In this document: piece after piece, positions 49,795 through 63,474 of the stretch | Layout of the letters: each line of letters starts with the position of its first letter | Numbering within the stretch: the first letter of the stretch is position 1 | Origin: Chlorokybus atmophyticus | Taxonomy: Eukaryota > Plantae > Mesostigma and Chlorokybus algae | Direction: 5' to 3' | Length of the DNA stretch: 64,000 bases | Assembly (NCBI GenBank): GCA_009103225.1 | Contig: RHPI01002048.1 | Coordinates: 955,906 to 1,019,905 of the forward strand | Notes under the pieces: generated by a model | Told to the model about the DNA's origin: nothing | Databases searched by the model: none | Seen by the model: the letters and a program-made list of their open reading frames with translations, nothing else | Program-made: the position numbers and the translations under genes

Positions 49795-52751
49795 TCATAC
49801 ATTGAACCTGAACAACATGACATCGCCCTCCTGCACCACGTACTCCTTTCCTTCACTTCGCAGCTGCAAGGGTGCATACACGTAAATAAGCATGCAGCCC
49901 CTTCCTCATACAGTGTGTGACCACCAACACAAGCAGCACACATCCTGTTGCACAAGAAGGATGCATTCTTTGGCACAATGGAAAAATAAACTTACCAGTC
50001 CCTTCTCACGAGCTGCTGCCAAAGAGCCTGCGTTTTTGAAGTCTTCATAAGCGACCTGCCGAAAAAACGAGTCAGAATAGATGACAGCAGGGCACTGTCC
50101 TGTCATGCAGATGGGGACCCGGGGTTGTGTAATGTACCGTCTCTGCGCGGATAAAGCCCCTCTCAAAATCAGAGTGAATGACACCAGCCGCCTGAGGAGC
50201 AACCATACCGGCCTGCGGGCATAGCGGTCACAGTTACTGAATGCATGTCACAAAGCCGTGCACACAACTGCCATACAGGCATGTTATGGTATCCTTGAAA
50301 CATTGTAACTTCAGTTGAGCAATCAGTACTTGTATACAAGCCTTGACAGCGTGACAGACAGCACACAACAAACGCAGTACATTTATCGTCCATGCTCGAG
50401 TTTCCTTGTCTCCTGTTGTAAAGTATGTCCTGAGCCCCAGCGTGGCATAAGTGGTCTTGACCAGGCTGCCTAGCCCGCCTTCTTCAACACCCAAACTCTG
50501 CAGATACTCCTGCCGCTCGTCTGGTGCAAGCTCTGCAAGCTCTGCTTCCACCTGCGCAGCCAGTCACTACCGTCAGGTGAAGGTTTGGACCAAGCATCAG
50601 TATACTGTACTAACATATGCTTCTGGCGTTGTGAACAGCTCATTGTGACAGCATGCACGCCATCAACCGCAACAATGATCTGTTCCAGCATGCACATACC
50701 TGTGCTGAAACCACAATCATCTCAACTCCCTCAGCAGCTGCTTTCTCTCGGACCGAAGCCACATAAGGGTTGCCTTCCCCTTTGCTGGCGAGGTCATCCT
50801 CCGAAACATTTGCCGCATAAATTATGGGCTTTTCTGTAAGCAGACAAAGCGGTGCAATCTGCACAGAAACAATGTGTCAGGCGGGTGGGTAGAAAGCGGT
50901 CTTTGTAGCTCCATCACCCTCGGTTCATAATCTAATGGTGAACCGCTTTGAATATAAGCTTTGAATAATCTTGACCCAATTGATATGCGCCAGCAGTGAC
51001 AAGCATGCTGGCTTACAAACTCTTTATCTTCAGCTGTCAAAGTCACGGAGCGCACTGGCTTGCCGTTCTCAAGTGCAGCTGTTATCTTCTCCAAAAGCAC
51101 AACCTCCGCTTCAACCTAAAAGGATGTTATTGTTACACATGTTTCAATTGGATTACGCCTCTGCCAATGGAACTCCCAAGCAACAATGCACTGCGATGGT
51201 ATTGACACACAAACTGAGCAAAACGACAGAGACCAGATTGTTGCCACACCATATGTTCCATAGCCAGACACTGCACCAAAGTACCTTCTTTTTTAGTGCA
51301 GGGTCTTTGGAACCCTTCTTGACACGTTCCAGCCTGCGTTCAATCTGCGTCAAGCAGGCGCTTAGCTTGGCCCTCTTTTAACTGAGCAGTGCAGCCAGCG
51401 ACTAGGTACATACTTGCAGCAGGTCTGAAAGCGCGAGCTCCTGGTTGATGATGTCAATGTCCTCAGCTGGGTTCACACGCCCGGCTACATGCACAATGTC
51501 GTCGTCCTCAAAACATCGGACCACCTGCAATGAAGTTCTTGCCAAGATTTGCTGGTGACACGCGAGGGCACCTATTGATCGCCGTCACTGGGCTGTTGAT
51601 AGCCCATGGACTCACCCATCCTTCATCACCCCCACCCCCCACCCCAACTACCAACTACCAACCAATTGCGTACCTGGACAATGGAGTCCACCTCCCGAAT
51701 ATGGGACAAGAACTTGTTACCAAGACCCTGCAGAACATGCACTTGTAAGCTTTCATGCAGCAAGAGCTGCCACTGTCAGCAACAAGACATCATGAATCGC
51801 ACTTGTGAGCTGCGTCGCGCCAACTGTTTGATTCCGTCAAGAGCATATTTGCTCTTCCCTTGACGAGCTAACCCATTGCGCATTGCTGCTGAAGCATGTG
51901 TATTGTGACTGTTACCTCACCCTCGCTGGCACCCTTCACAAGCCCGGCAATATCCACGAATTCCACTGTCGCAGGAACCTGCTTCTGCGAGCTTGACAAC
52001 TGTGCAAGCACCTGTGCACATAGAGCATACGTCAAGCAGAGCTTTATGTCTGCCAACTGCTGAAGGAGACGATAAGTCACCTGCAGTCTGGGATCTGGCA
52101 CTGCAACTATGCCAACATTGGGCTCTATTGTGCAGAATGGGAAATTGGCGGCCTGCGCCTTTCCACCTTCAACCATGGCATTGAACAGCGTGGACTTGCC
52201 GACCTGTCGAACAAGCACGCTGCCATTTCAGCAATAAACAATCATACTGGCAAACTCCCAATAAGACGGCGTCACCAAGCGTTTACCACAAGTTAAAGCT
52301 AACAGATAATGCAGTATCCAAAGACGTACAAGTTGTCATAAATAGTTGATGCTGATATCCGTTCATGCTGTAAATACCAGTGTACATGCTGGTTGAACAC
52401 AGTCACAAGCATGCAATGCTGCTACAGTGGAGCTGTAGCTGCTAAGTGTATCATGATGCGTATTGAACATGAGCGGGTGCCGTCAGTGCGCTCAACCAGC
52501 AGCGAAAGACAGACGCGACAGCATATTGGCAATATGACCTCCTTGTGTTCGCTTACATTTGGCAATCCCACAATGCCAGTGCGGAGACCCATGCATACGG
52601 GGCTTCTGTGGAAGCATCGTTTGCTGCGGGGTGCGCAAGCAAGCAGCCCAGCGCCCCCGCCCGTGCTGGACCGCACAGCAGACGTCAGCCTCACGGCTGA
52701 AGTCAGCCTCACCACCGACGTCCTCTGCAGAGCCACCGTCGCACACGCCAT
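49795..52751 (-). CDS. ychF: Obg-like ATPase YchF/EngD (organelle-targeted), multi-exon
   Basis: GIVGLPN|VGKSTLFNA; [14 protein letters not shown]; [16 protein letters not shown]|[14 protein letters not shown]; [11 protein letters not shown]; [13 protein letters not shown]; [22 protein letters not shown]. Ser/Ala/Arg-rich presequence from ATG 52751. Confidence 0.95.
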
Positions 52752-52933
52752 CGTCGCCGGCGACAATGAGCACCCCGACACTTCTGCCGCCGCCGCTAAG
52801 CTGATGGCAGCTGATGCCACAGCCAGCGCGGGCTTGCGCACTGCAAATGCGCGGCCGCAACTGCACCCGGGCAGCAATGTGAAGCAAAAAGCGCACGCAA
52901 GCAGCTCCTTGCGGCAGATAGCGCCACGTAGCA

Positions 52934-54945
52934 ATGGCGGCGGCGGCGGCGGCAGCGGCGGCGGTGGGGACGGTGGGGGCAGCACGTGGAACGCTTGCTG
53001 TTACTCAGAGGCGTGTTGCCGGGCGCTCGTGGCCTCACCGCGCTGCGCCGCGTCACAGACGGACGCAAGCTGTGAATGTCGCCAAGGAGCCGGACGCCGA
53101 CAATGCGGGTGAGTTGGTGTAGCTTTGCGTCACCGAAGGTACCACCAAACTATTGAAGGCGATATTTTGTCTGTTCCATCTACCACGACCCCATAGAAAC
53201 GCTTTGCGCAACTGACCACTTGATTCAGTAAGCGTATCGGTAAGGAAACATTATACTGCTGTATAATTTTTTATACAGTGCAGAAATGCGCGTTTTGACA
53301 ACACGCTTGTGCATGCGTTGCATTCGTCTTAATCGTCCAGTGCTCCCGGGAGAATCGTGCAGAAGCAGAACCTGACAGTCTGGTCTGCACGTCGTTGTCG
53401 TGCAATCGTCTTGTTAAGTGGGTACGCGTCCACAGCGTTGATAGCGTTGGTACCAACCAATACGCAGCACTATTCATGTTAGTACAGTTGTGCATAATGA
53501 CGCCTCATCGTGCAAGAACTCAATCTTCTGGCATACCTCATGATGAGGCAGCTGTACACCACACGCAAGGGGGGGGGAGTGTTTTACAGCTGTCCTGTGC
53601 AAGTGGAGGTGGTATTGAGGCCGGTCACAACTGACAAATGCAGCAGCAGTTAATTGATTGCACTCAACAGAGTCACGAGAAGCAATGGGTGCTGGGGAGT
53701 ATTTTCAATCGCTGCTGAGAAGGACAGCGCCTGTCCGTCGATCCATAGAGGATGCCGTGGGGCCATTACCAGATTTTGCAGAGCGAAGGCAGCGCGAGTC
53801 AGATGCGCAGACAGCAAGCCAGCCGGTACAGCCTGCATAGCATACATGTTGTCTGCTGCTAGTGGTGTGCATCAAGTCCGAGCTCCTGTGCATGTTTAGT
53901 CATGCAAACCACATTACCTTTACAGGAAGATAGGTCAGATGGGGGGTTTCTTAAACTAGCGCAAGCGCGGGAGTGGTTGAACAATGTGGATGCAGCAGCA
54001 CCTACTAACGAGGCGGATGACTGGGTAAGCTCTTGTAATCCAGCTATTCTACACAGGCGACGATTGCATCTTGATGCATGTAGTTCACAGAGAGATTTCG
54101 AGATGAGGAGCTGGCATGATGAGTGGATGCAAGAGTATGCTGCGCTCAAGGTAGACTTGTTTGAAAAGGCGAAGACAACATCTGCTGCAGGCACCGCTTT
54201 CTTCCTGCTGACGTGGTCTGCACAAGCAGCCATTGGCTATGCGTTTGGTGCCGCAGCAGGGTATGTCTACTTGTTGACTTGGTGACTGCATATTTGCATA
54301 AACCCCGATTACGTACTGTCAGTTGAACTCCCACCTCTGATGCGTAGCTCAACTTATCAGGTTCGCGTACCTCAATATGCTGGTGAAGTATGTGGATTCG
54401 TTGCAAGGAGCTCTTCCAGATAAAAAGCCCTCACAGCGCTACTCCTCTGCCAGGTGACGGATGGTTGCAGTGAGGTGGCCACGTACTGATTGAAAGCATG
54501 CTGCTCTTTCCATGGCATCAACCTGACGACATGTGCCTCTGATTATTCCGCTAGGGGCTTGACTTCCCAGAAGCTCGCTGAAGGCATCAAGACCACTCTG
54601 CAAGGCTCGCAAAAAGCTTTGACCAACCCGCGCTTGTTACTGCCAATCGCACTTGTTGTGGCGTGGAAGGGTTGGAGCTTAGGCACTGCAGAACACCGAG
54701 AGCTGCATGTGCCGGTGAGTACTGTGCTGTACGCAGAAATGCGTTGGTAGAACTACGTCGTACATGTTGTTTGCTGAAGTTGTTTTGTAGTTTGACAACA
54801 CTTCATGTTGTGTTGTGGACAGCTTGCTCCTATACTACTTGGCTTCTTTGCCTTCAAGGCCGGCTTTTATGCCAAGACCTTGGACGACAACGGTGATTTG
54901 CTTTTTGGCACACTCGATCCAACTGCCGAAGAGACTGAACGTTAG
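52934..54945 (+). CDS. Plastid membrane protein, AtpI/Atp1 (UncI)/CGL160-like; middle exons unresolved
   Basis: Transit-peptide-like MAAAAAAAAAVGTVGAARGTL...; EYAALKVDLF...AAIGYAFGAAAGYVYL; ALTNPRLLLPIALVVAW; LAPILLGFFAFKAG. This resembles the QPRLLVP and LxPxLxGFFxYK pattern of CGL160/Atp1 proteins. Stop TAG 54943-54945. Confidence 0.55.
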
Positions 54946-55066
54946 ATTAGACTAGGTTTAGTGCGTTGTATCCCATAGCAAAGCTGAATAGCAACAGGGC
55001 ACAATCAGCGTTACATGTTAAAACTACCTGCGCGATAATTTATCTGCAACGCGCCGTCAGACGATG

Positions 55067-57737
55067 TTATGAAGTGGCAGGTTTCTGACACCGTTCTGCT
55101 ATGTAAGCTTCTTGCAATTGTTCCAAGTGTTTCACAATCAATGATTCTATGTCCGCCTCAGTGCCCCTGTTTATTGCAGTATGCCCTTCTTTGCTGAACA
55201 TCACCACCTGGGTGAGGCAACACATGTTAGCCCTTGCAGACTCGTGGTATAAGGCAATGACAAAACGATTGTTCCTCCTTGACCTGATCTCTTCTTGTCT
55301 CGAGTATGTTGGCAATGACTGCATGCACTTGATACTTTCGCAAAGCCTGATCTGCCTTGTCCGAGAGAATCGCCAAGTCTGTTTCAAGCTGTGCAGCAGG
55401 TTACCAGTTAGTCCACATGGCAGAACCGAAGTCTTTACAATCGCAACATCCATATGCATGCCGTGACTACATGGCATTTAGTGCACCTTAAATGATACAA
55501 CCAGGGCCTCTGGCGCCCAATGGCGCCTTACTAGCCCCAGCAACTTTGGCACGCGCTGTAACCGCAGGTTCAATGGCCCTCCTGTGGACTGTATCTTATG
55601 CTCCACCTGTCCACGCAAATCATTGGAGTCTTGCATTCTGTGCATACGCGTGTCTTGCATTGCAAGAATACATATGCGAGCTCCGCAACAACTACCATAA
55701 CTGGTTATGCATTTCTATCCACTCCAGACAGTGTGCTCATGCACACAATGGAAGCAGCAGTTGTTCAAGCACGTGAAGAGATGCTGGGCAACTCGGAGAA
55801 GTGCACTCACCATACTTTGCCATGGGATGTAGAAATCAGACACTGCTGCAGCCAGGTAGAGCATCGCGCGCGGTCCGCATGGCTGCAAGGCTTGCGCAAT
55901 CAACTGCAAAAGCTGTGCACCAGGAAACACAAGACACATACTTGGTGCTTGTGCATCTGGGCTACAGATAAGCCTACACACCAATATGCGCATGATTTGT
56001 TGGTGACCAATAAACAAGTAATGTGCGCCTGAGTATACAGGCAATGCGGATTGCAACTGTTGCACTACTACAACAGCTGGTGATGAGATGTGATCATGTG
56101 CCTGGAAGCATATGCTGACCCATGCAGAAAGAGAAGCCAAGCATCATGACTGGTAACGCATCACATCACCACGACTCTCAAACCTACCAACCTGCAGGTA
56201 CTCAAAAAGTGTGGTAAACTCCAGCCTTAGAAGCCTGCCAGCTTTTGCGGCCTGTCACACGGACGCTGCTTTAGACTGGCACTGTTACACTCGCAGCACC
56301 ACAAGTCATGTCATAACCCACATCTTCTGGCAGCGCTTGTAGCATTCACGTGTCGGCAGGCACGCAACGCACACAATTGGATGCGAAGCGACGCAAGTAA
56401 CAATGCATATGTTGGTGTCAATGACTGATGCAGTACCTCGGCGCGTCCATGGACGGCGCGCGCCAACAACTCGGCGCTTCCAATCTTGGCTGCCCATACC
56501 GCAAGTTAGTGCATGCTACTCACTGCAATCACCCACCAACGTCCCCCATGTGGTTTCCACACAACCTCAATGAGCAGCACGACTACATATGTTGCTAGTT
56601 GACCAGGAAGGCGCTTTTGACTCACCGTGCACTTGATTTTGTTCAGGTCCCGGCGCCAAACAGTCGAGGACAACCGCAGCCGATGGCAGCTCTCGCGCAA
56701 ACGGCTGTACAGAGAACCTGGTCATGGAGTGTGCGCATTGCTCGTAAGCACATCTGTTCATGCATGGCTGTACCTGCGTATTTGTGAAGTTGTGACAAGG
56801 TGGAATTGCGTTGTTTGTTACACTACCTGCGGTTGAGAAATATCACAGCGTAGCCTGCTTGCAAAAAGTACCTGCGCAGGCCAAATCCATGTCAGGCACA
56901 CACAACACGAGCCCCATGAGTCAGCAAGGCCATGTATTGCCTGTACCACAACGGTAGTAAAGTCTGATCCATCCAAAGAGCATGCATCCATGCCACAAGT
57001 AATGTTACAAATCCCTGCGGTTCCAAACATACTCTGTTGACGCTGCACCTCGGTTGCCAGCGCTGAAGTTGTCCAGGAACCGAACACATCGGCGCTCCAG
57101 CGGGACAGTCGTGCCACCCGACGAAACGCACACCACACGATCTGCGGTGAGTCGTGTGAGATGGTTGATTGATTGCAATGTGCGCATGCAAGCACAGGAG
57201 ACCTGACGCAGTTGAGCAGTCTGAAACTTTTGCAATGGAACAACAGGATGTGCATATCACATAGTACGCAAGCAGACAAAACCACAGCAGCTCGGCTCAT
57301 GCCCTAGCAGACCATGCAGCCGGCGTTTGCTATGGTACGATGATAAGTATCAATTGTTAGGGAGTCACTTATGAGGTAGGCTGCTCCCTTTCGTTCATCA
57401 TAAAGTACTGTTGCTACCAATAAACTGTGGCATATGCTCATGAACACATGTACTGCACCATGACTTGCCACAGATTGCTGCAATGCGCGTTTCCTAAGCA
57501 AGGTTGAGCATCGCAGAATCCGAGCTGCCCAGTGTGCATGACAGGGGCAGGCAATGGCAGTGAATGCACCACCATACTCGCACATGCACGCAGCACTGGT
57601 CTCATCTCAACTGAGAGTGTCTCACCGCTGGGCCCAAGCGAGGCGACGAACTCGGCCAGCTCCGACTTGACCTCGCTTTCCAGACTCAAAGCAGGCGACG
57701 CTGCGAAGAAGGCCTCTGCCTCCGCCAGGGACGCCAT
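55067..57737 (-). CDS. PPCS: Phosphopantothenate--cysteine ligase (CoA biosynthesis), multi-exon
   Basis: [35 protein letters not shown]; [13 protein letters not shown]; EHKIQS...VPKLL...[11 protein letters not shown]; C-terminal IESLIVKHL. Confidence 0.94.
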
Positions 57738-58693
57738 CTACCAGCCTGGCCAACGGACAACGCTTGTGAAGGACAATTGAGTGTTGTCAACGAATGAAGT
57801 GTATAACACGGAAGCGTTGAGTTGTCGAGCTGAAAACAAACCATACCAACACTACACAACCACTGCAATACTCACGCAAACCACACAACATCATCATGTC
57901 AAGTGACTGGGTAGGTGAATCATAGAAGAATGTTGAACAACACGAAAACAAGCATTGTATGTTGTCAACTTGTGCAACAAGTTGATAGTCGAAAGTGGTC
58001 GTGCAATGCATTAGGTGCTTGCTGCCTGCACACCACGCAGGTACCACCTGCGTAGGTAGTACCTGCGTGGTGTACAGGCAGCACCTTAAGACAACATACT
58101 GTTTTGGTAACATGAGCTTAGTTGCCTCTAACTAAGGTCACACCCGCAAACTCAACGCTACCGTCGAATGTACTGCATTTCATTATGCACTCCATCCTAC
58201 TCTTTGATCAAAACCTTCCTCCCAGTGCTTGATACGTAATGCACGTGTGGTGTTGCATCTGGTCTGGGAAGCTTGTGTACGACATAATTACACGCACACA
58301 GCACTGCGAGCAACCGCACGCATGCATGTCACAACAGCGGCATGGCAGAGGCGTTCCCTCTTGCGTGATTTACCTGTTTTAATATAGAAGGCCTTATGCA
58401 CGGTGGTGTCACCACCGGCAGCTGCTCCTGCTGAGCCCTACTACCACAACCAGGCCAAGACGCTGCCAGCTAGCGGAACGCCAGGCCAAACCAGACCAGA
58501 CCAGACCAATGCGCCAGGCACCAGGCCTGGCGTTACATTAACACGCAGGCCGCCGGCAAACCGACTGCAAAGCACTTGTATGTAATAAGCCGCTCTTGTT
58601 CCCTTTGTACAAGAATGTTACGCTCTATAGTGCTATGCGGTGTTGTTGTTGCTGCTGGGGAATGTCGGCAGTGCTGTCGGCTGAGGCGGCGGC

Positions 58694-61600
58694 ATGCCTG
58701 ACGAGGGGGAGGAGGGCTTGAGGGTTGAGGCGGCTTACATTGGTGTGGGCTGCAACCGTGTGGCGCATGCGGCTGCCTGGGGTAGCCGACTCGTGGCCTT
58801 CGGAGCGCACAATGCTGTGGCGTTGTATGACCCTCAGGCATGGATAGTCAGTGGTTTGAATTTGCTCAGTATTCCTCAAACACTTCACAAACAAGTTCTT
58901 GCATGAGCTGCAACTCGTACCAGTTGCAGACAATCCCTCGTGTTGAGCACACTTTTGCCAAGCTTGCATTGCGGGTTGTGTAAGTAGCCGACAGCGCATG
59001 CTTGTGTTTGCCGCTGCACCTAAGGCTGTTCCTACTTCTGTAGGCTGGTTTTCTCTTCGTGTGCTTGTGCGCAGTAGCAGGGCGCCAATCCAGCTGCGTG
59101 CACTTAAACAAGAGACAACGAAAACTTTACAACACTAAAAGCGTGTTGACGTACAACAGAGTAGACAAGACGCAGTATATATTGTATTCACTCTGGAGTA
59201 GACAATATCTGCACGCGCACATAAACACGCACACGCGCGCACACTTACATGCATACGCGCACAAAACGAAGTTGGTTTATTAGCGCTGTTGTTTGTTACG
59301 TGTGCATGCATTCCCAGCACTCGCTACACGCTTGCCCAAGTAGTGCTATTTGTCTAAGCATGGTTGCTTGCTTCTTCAATCACTGACCCCTACAATGCAC
59401 GTTTGTATGCGATGTGCACAGAAGCGAGCAATTGTAGCAACCTTGCCAGGCCACACGTCTCGAGTCAATGCCGTACGCTGGCTAAAATTAGGTGAATTGA
59501 AGTGCACACAAGCACGTTCCTTGACATGGCCTTACACATGATCACTGCAACGCATCCACTTCTCAACTTTACACCTCCTCAGCGGATGGCGATGAGCTAC
59601 TGTTATCGGGCAGCGTGGACACCTTGGTCAACATGTGGCGTTTCACGCATGCAACCACCACGGTGCGTTTCACGTTATTGATTGTGTGCAGGTTTGAGTT
59701 TGTTCCTGTGCGCGATATCTTTGCTGTGATTGTCAGACTTGGGAACAAGAGGGCACTCTGCGAGGGCACGAAGCTGGGGTAGAGCACCTTGCCACCATTG
59801 CGCTGCCGACGGGCAGGTTGCTGCTCGCGAGTACATCAATTGATTGCACCACACGAGTATGGCAAAGCAACTCCAAAGGCAAGTCAGGCTGCATGTCGTT
59901 GTCAGTCACACCTGTATGCGTGCATATGCTTTGGCATGCACACATGGTTGATGTATCTCAGGCGCATGGGAGCTATTTCAGACGGTGTCCGTGAGGGGGA
60001 AGCTTATGCAGTGTGCGGCGTTGGCGCAGCTGCCCGCAGCGGATGGAGTCACTGTCTTGGCGTTGGCTGGGGTGGACAGAACCATACACATACTCACGGA
60101 TGCCTCTGGGCAGGTGCGTACTCTCTATACTTTTGTGACCAGAAGTCTGTGTAACGCCTGTAGTGTTTGGTTTTCTTTGTATTAAAGCAGCATACATATG
60201 CTATGCATGTGAGCTGAAAGCTCACATGCATGTTTTGCTCTCCACACAGGCATGTGATAAGCTGCTCTAGCATGCACTGTATGTACGATGTTGTGATGCC
60301 GTGTGTCTTGTTTTTGTTCTATTCTGATCTGCTCTGTGCAGTTTGTATCTGCGTGCGAGCTGCATGGACATACAGACTGGGTGCGCTCGCTGTCGTTCGT
60401 TTCGGTGTTATTGCCACTGCCCCACCTGCTGCTGGCAAGCGGCTCTCAAGACCGGTCTGTACGTGTATGGAAGATTGAATCTGTCGGGGCTGCGGGTGGC
60501 ACCGATACAGAAAAAGCAACAGGCTTCGACTTTTTGAAGTACTGCCGAGCTGCAACTGACGATGTTACACACGTTTTATGCACATGCTGCACTTATGCTG
60601 ACGATGTTACACACATGCTACACACGTGTTGGTGTACATGTCTGCTTCTGTGCACTGCACTGCACAGTTCTGCACTACACAGACTGATGCACGGTAGGTA
60701 CACTGCTCGTCCGGTGTTCTCGGCGGGGGGCAGCAAGTACACAGCAGGTGTGGAAGCGGTGCTCGCGGGCCATGAGGACTGGGTCCACACCGTATGCTGG
60801 CAGCCCAGAGTAGGTCAGACAACTCATTGCAATCAACCATCGCATTATTACCTCAATACCTTAATACCTTGATTCACAAGCAGTAGAGCCAGTGAGTGAC
60901 CTTTACGCCGGTCCGCATGAGGTTGCTCACGATCGCTACAGGTACTGATCAGCCAGTAGCGGTGCTGTCAGCATCAATGGACCGCACAATGAACATCTGG
61001 CGGCCATCGTCATCAGGTCTCTGGATGAGTGAGGTATCATGGTCTCTTTGTTATGTCGATGTTGTGCAGCATTAGTGTACATTGACTGTGCAGTGCACTT
61101 GAGCTGGTTTCATCAGGTGCGTGTTGGCGAAGCGGGAGCCAACGTGCTTGGCTATTATGGTGGTGTGTTCAGTCCGACGGGCGACTGCATCCTCGCACAC
61201 GGCCACACCGGTGCTTTCCACTTGTGGCGAAACCTTGCCCATGGTAACAATTTTCTCCGACCACGCCTCTGCTTCGCTATTACACTTGTTGCTCACATGC
61301 AGCTGCACATGTTGGTCTCATTGAACGCTGCCTGCATGCACAGTCAAGGGAGATGATGACTGGGCGCCTCAGCTGTCGGTTGGCGGCCACTTTGCACCTG
61401 TCACGGACATCACGTGGGATCGATTTCAGCGGTTCCTGCTTTCAGTAAGGTGTGCAGTACAACAATCCCTCCTGTGCAGCAACATGTCCATGGTATCCTG
61501 AAGTACCTTGCTTATCTGACAAAGCATGTGTGTTTCTGTCATCCTTCCAGCCACGATCAGACCGCCCGCATAGTAGCAGAATGGCATCAACCTCGTGACA

Positions 61601-63474
61601 CAGATGGAGACTCGCCTGCTATGTCTTGGCACGAGATTGCACGACCGCAGGTAAGGAATAATCACCATTTCCATCATCGTTAACTCATAGGGCCTAGTTG
61701 TTACCGTCACCAACTGCACATCACGTGTTCCCATTGTTGTCCAGGTGCACGGCCATGACATCAACTGCGTGGCGTACGTCAGCGGCGACAGTGCGTGGCC
61801 GCAGCGCTTCATGTCAGGTGCTGATGAGAAGGTTGGACGTATCTTCCATGCGCCCGCAACTTTCGTACGCAGCTTGGCGAACATCTCAGGCAGCCCGGTC
61901 AATCAGGCTGAGGTAAGCATGCCATTATGGAGTACGACTGACGTGACGGTCATGCGACTGAGGCTTTTCCCGATGTTGGCAAACTGCCTAGTTTGTGTTC
62001 ACAGCTTGATGGTGATATGAACGGTAACGCCGTTGGTGCGAACCTGCCAGCGTTGGGGCTTTCCAACAAACCACTATATGCAGGTACACACCAAACTTGC
62101 ACTGCACTTGTGCTAGAACAGCCTGACCAAACGAAGGTGACGACTATTCAACCCTTAAGGCTTCAATCACCGCAGATTCGCCTGCAGCTGAACCGGCAGA
62201 CAGCGTTGCGTTGGTGGGTGTGAGCGACTACGACGGCATGCCCAACGCAACGCCGCTGGATCTGACCGAGCCGCCACTTGAGGAGCACCTCGCGCAGAAC
62301 ACTCTGTGGCCCGAACTGCAGAAGCTGTACGGCCATGGCAACGAGTTGTATTCCGCTTGTGCAGGTTAGAAACACAAGATATGCACGCAAATATTTTAGA
62401 TTGGTTGCAGTGTTCCATTGTTCATGACATGGTCAACACCATTCATGTGCAGATCATGCGGGGAGGCTGATAGCCACCGCTTGCAAAGCGCAGTCTGTGA
62501 ATGTAGCAGACATCTGGCTATGGGAGACTTCCACGTGGCAGTCTGTTGGGCAAATGCCGGCGCACACACTGACCGTCACGCAGATGGAGTTTTCCCCTGA
62601 CGACAGCCTGCTGGTCAGCGTGTCCAGGGATCGACAATTGGCGCTGCACAGGAAAAGCAGTGGAAAAGGTCGGTTTTCACTGAAAAGTCAGATGTGAATA
62701 TAGCATTCATGCAACCTATGCACTACCCGCTTGTTAATGCTGTGCAATCGCAAGCCCTGTATCTCTTGCTTTGTTGGTGATGACAGGTTGCCCTTATGAG
62801 CTGGCGTGCCGCGTTAAGGGTCACGACCGCATCATCTGGTCTGTTAGCTGGGCGCCGAACGGGCAATTTTTTGCCACTGGTTCCCGCGACAAAAAGGTAT
62901 CTCAATTGCAGGTCAAGCACACACGATGCAAGCGAGGCTGCCATTGCACGTCGACCATTTGCTTTATGAGCAGCATGTTGCTACAAAAGCCCAGCCAAAC
63001 TGCGGCTCGCAGGTCGCGAGCACGGTTGCTTTTTGTGTATGACTACTGTGCTTTTGCAACTGATGCAAGCATACATCTTGACAGGTGAAGCTATGGCGGA
63101 TTGATACAAGCAGCGAGGGTGATATCACAACGAAGGCTGCCGTCACTCTCCCGATGTTTGCATCCAGCGTGACAGCTGTGGCTTTTGCACCTCAGACAGA
63201 TTCGAATGCACCTGTCACTGCTGCCCACATGTTGGCAGTGGGTTTGGAGTCGGGCGAGATCGAGCTGTGGCGTGTTGCACAAACAGCAGATGCTGCTGCT
63301 GCTGCACAGCTTACTACAAGAAGACTGCTGGCGGTAAAGCCACATTTGCGGCATGTGGCTGCCGTGCACAGGTTACGGTGGCGTGTTGTGCTATTAAGTG
63401 AGGGCAGTTTCGGGGCTCTGCAGCTGGCTTCGTGTAGTGCCGATCACTCAGTAAGGTTGTTTGACGTGACATGA
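58694..63474 (+). CDS. ELP2: Elongator complex protein 2 (WD40), multi-exon
   Basis: YIGVGCNR; [14 protein letters not shown]; [11 protein letters not shown]; LAGHEDWV; SASMDRT; WHEIARPQ|VHGHDINC; [11 protein letters not shown]; [13 protein letters not shown]; [26 protein letters not shown]; [11 protein letters not shown]; [10 protein letters not shown]. Confidence 0.96.

Noticed and set aside
52393-53112. 239-aa plus-strand ORF overlapping ychF exon 1
   Set aside because: Starts at a non-ATG codon, is low-complexity and GC-rich, and is explained as a shadow of two adjacent transit-peptide exons.
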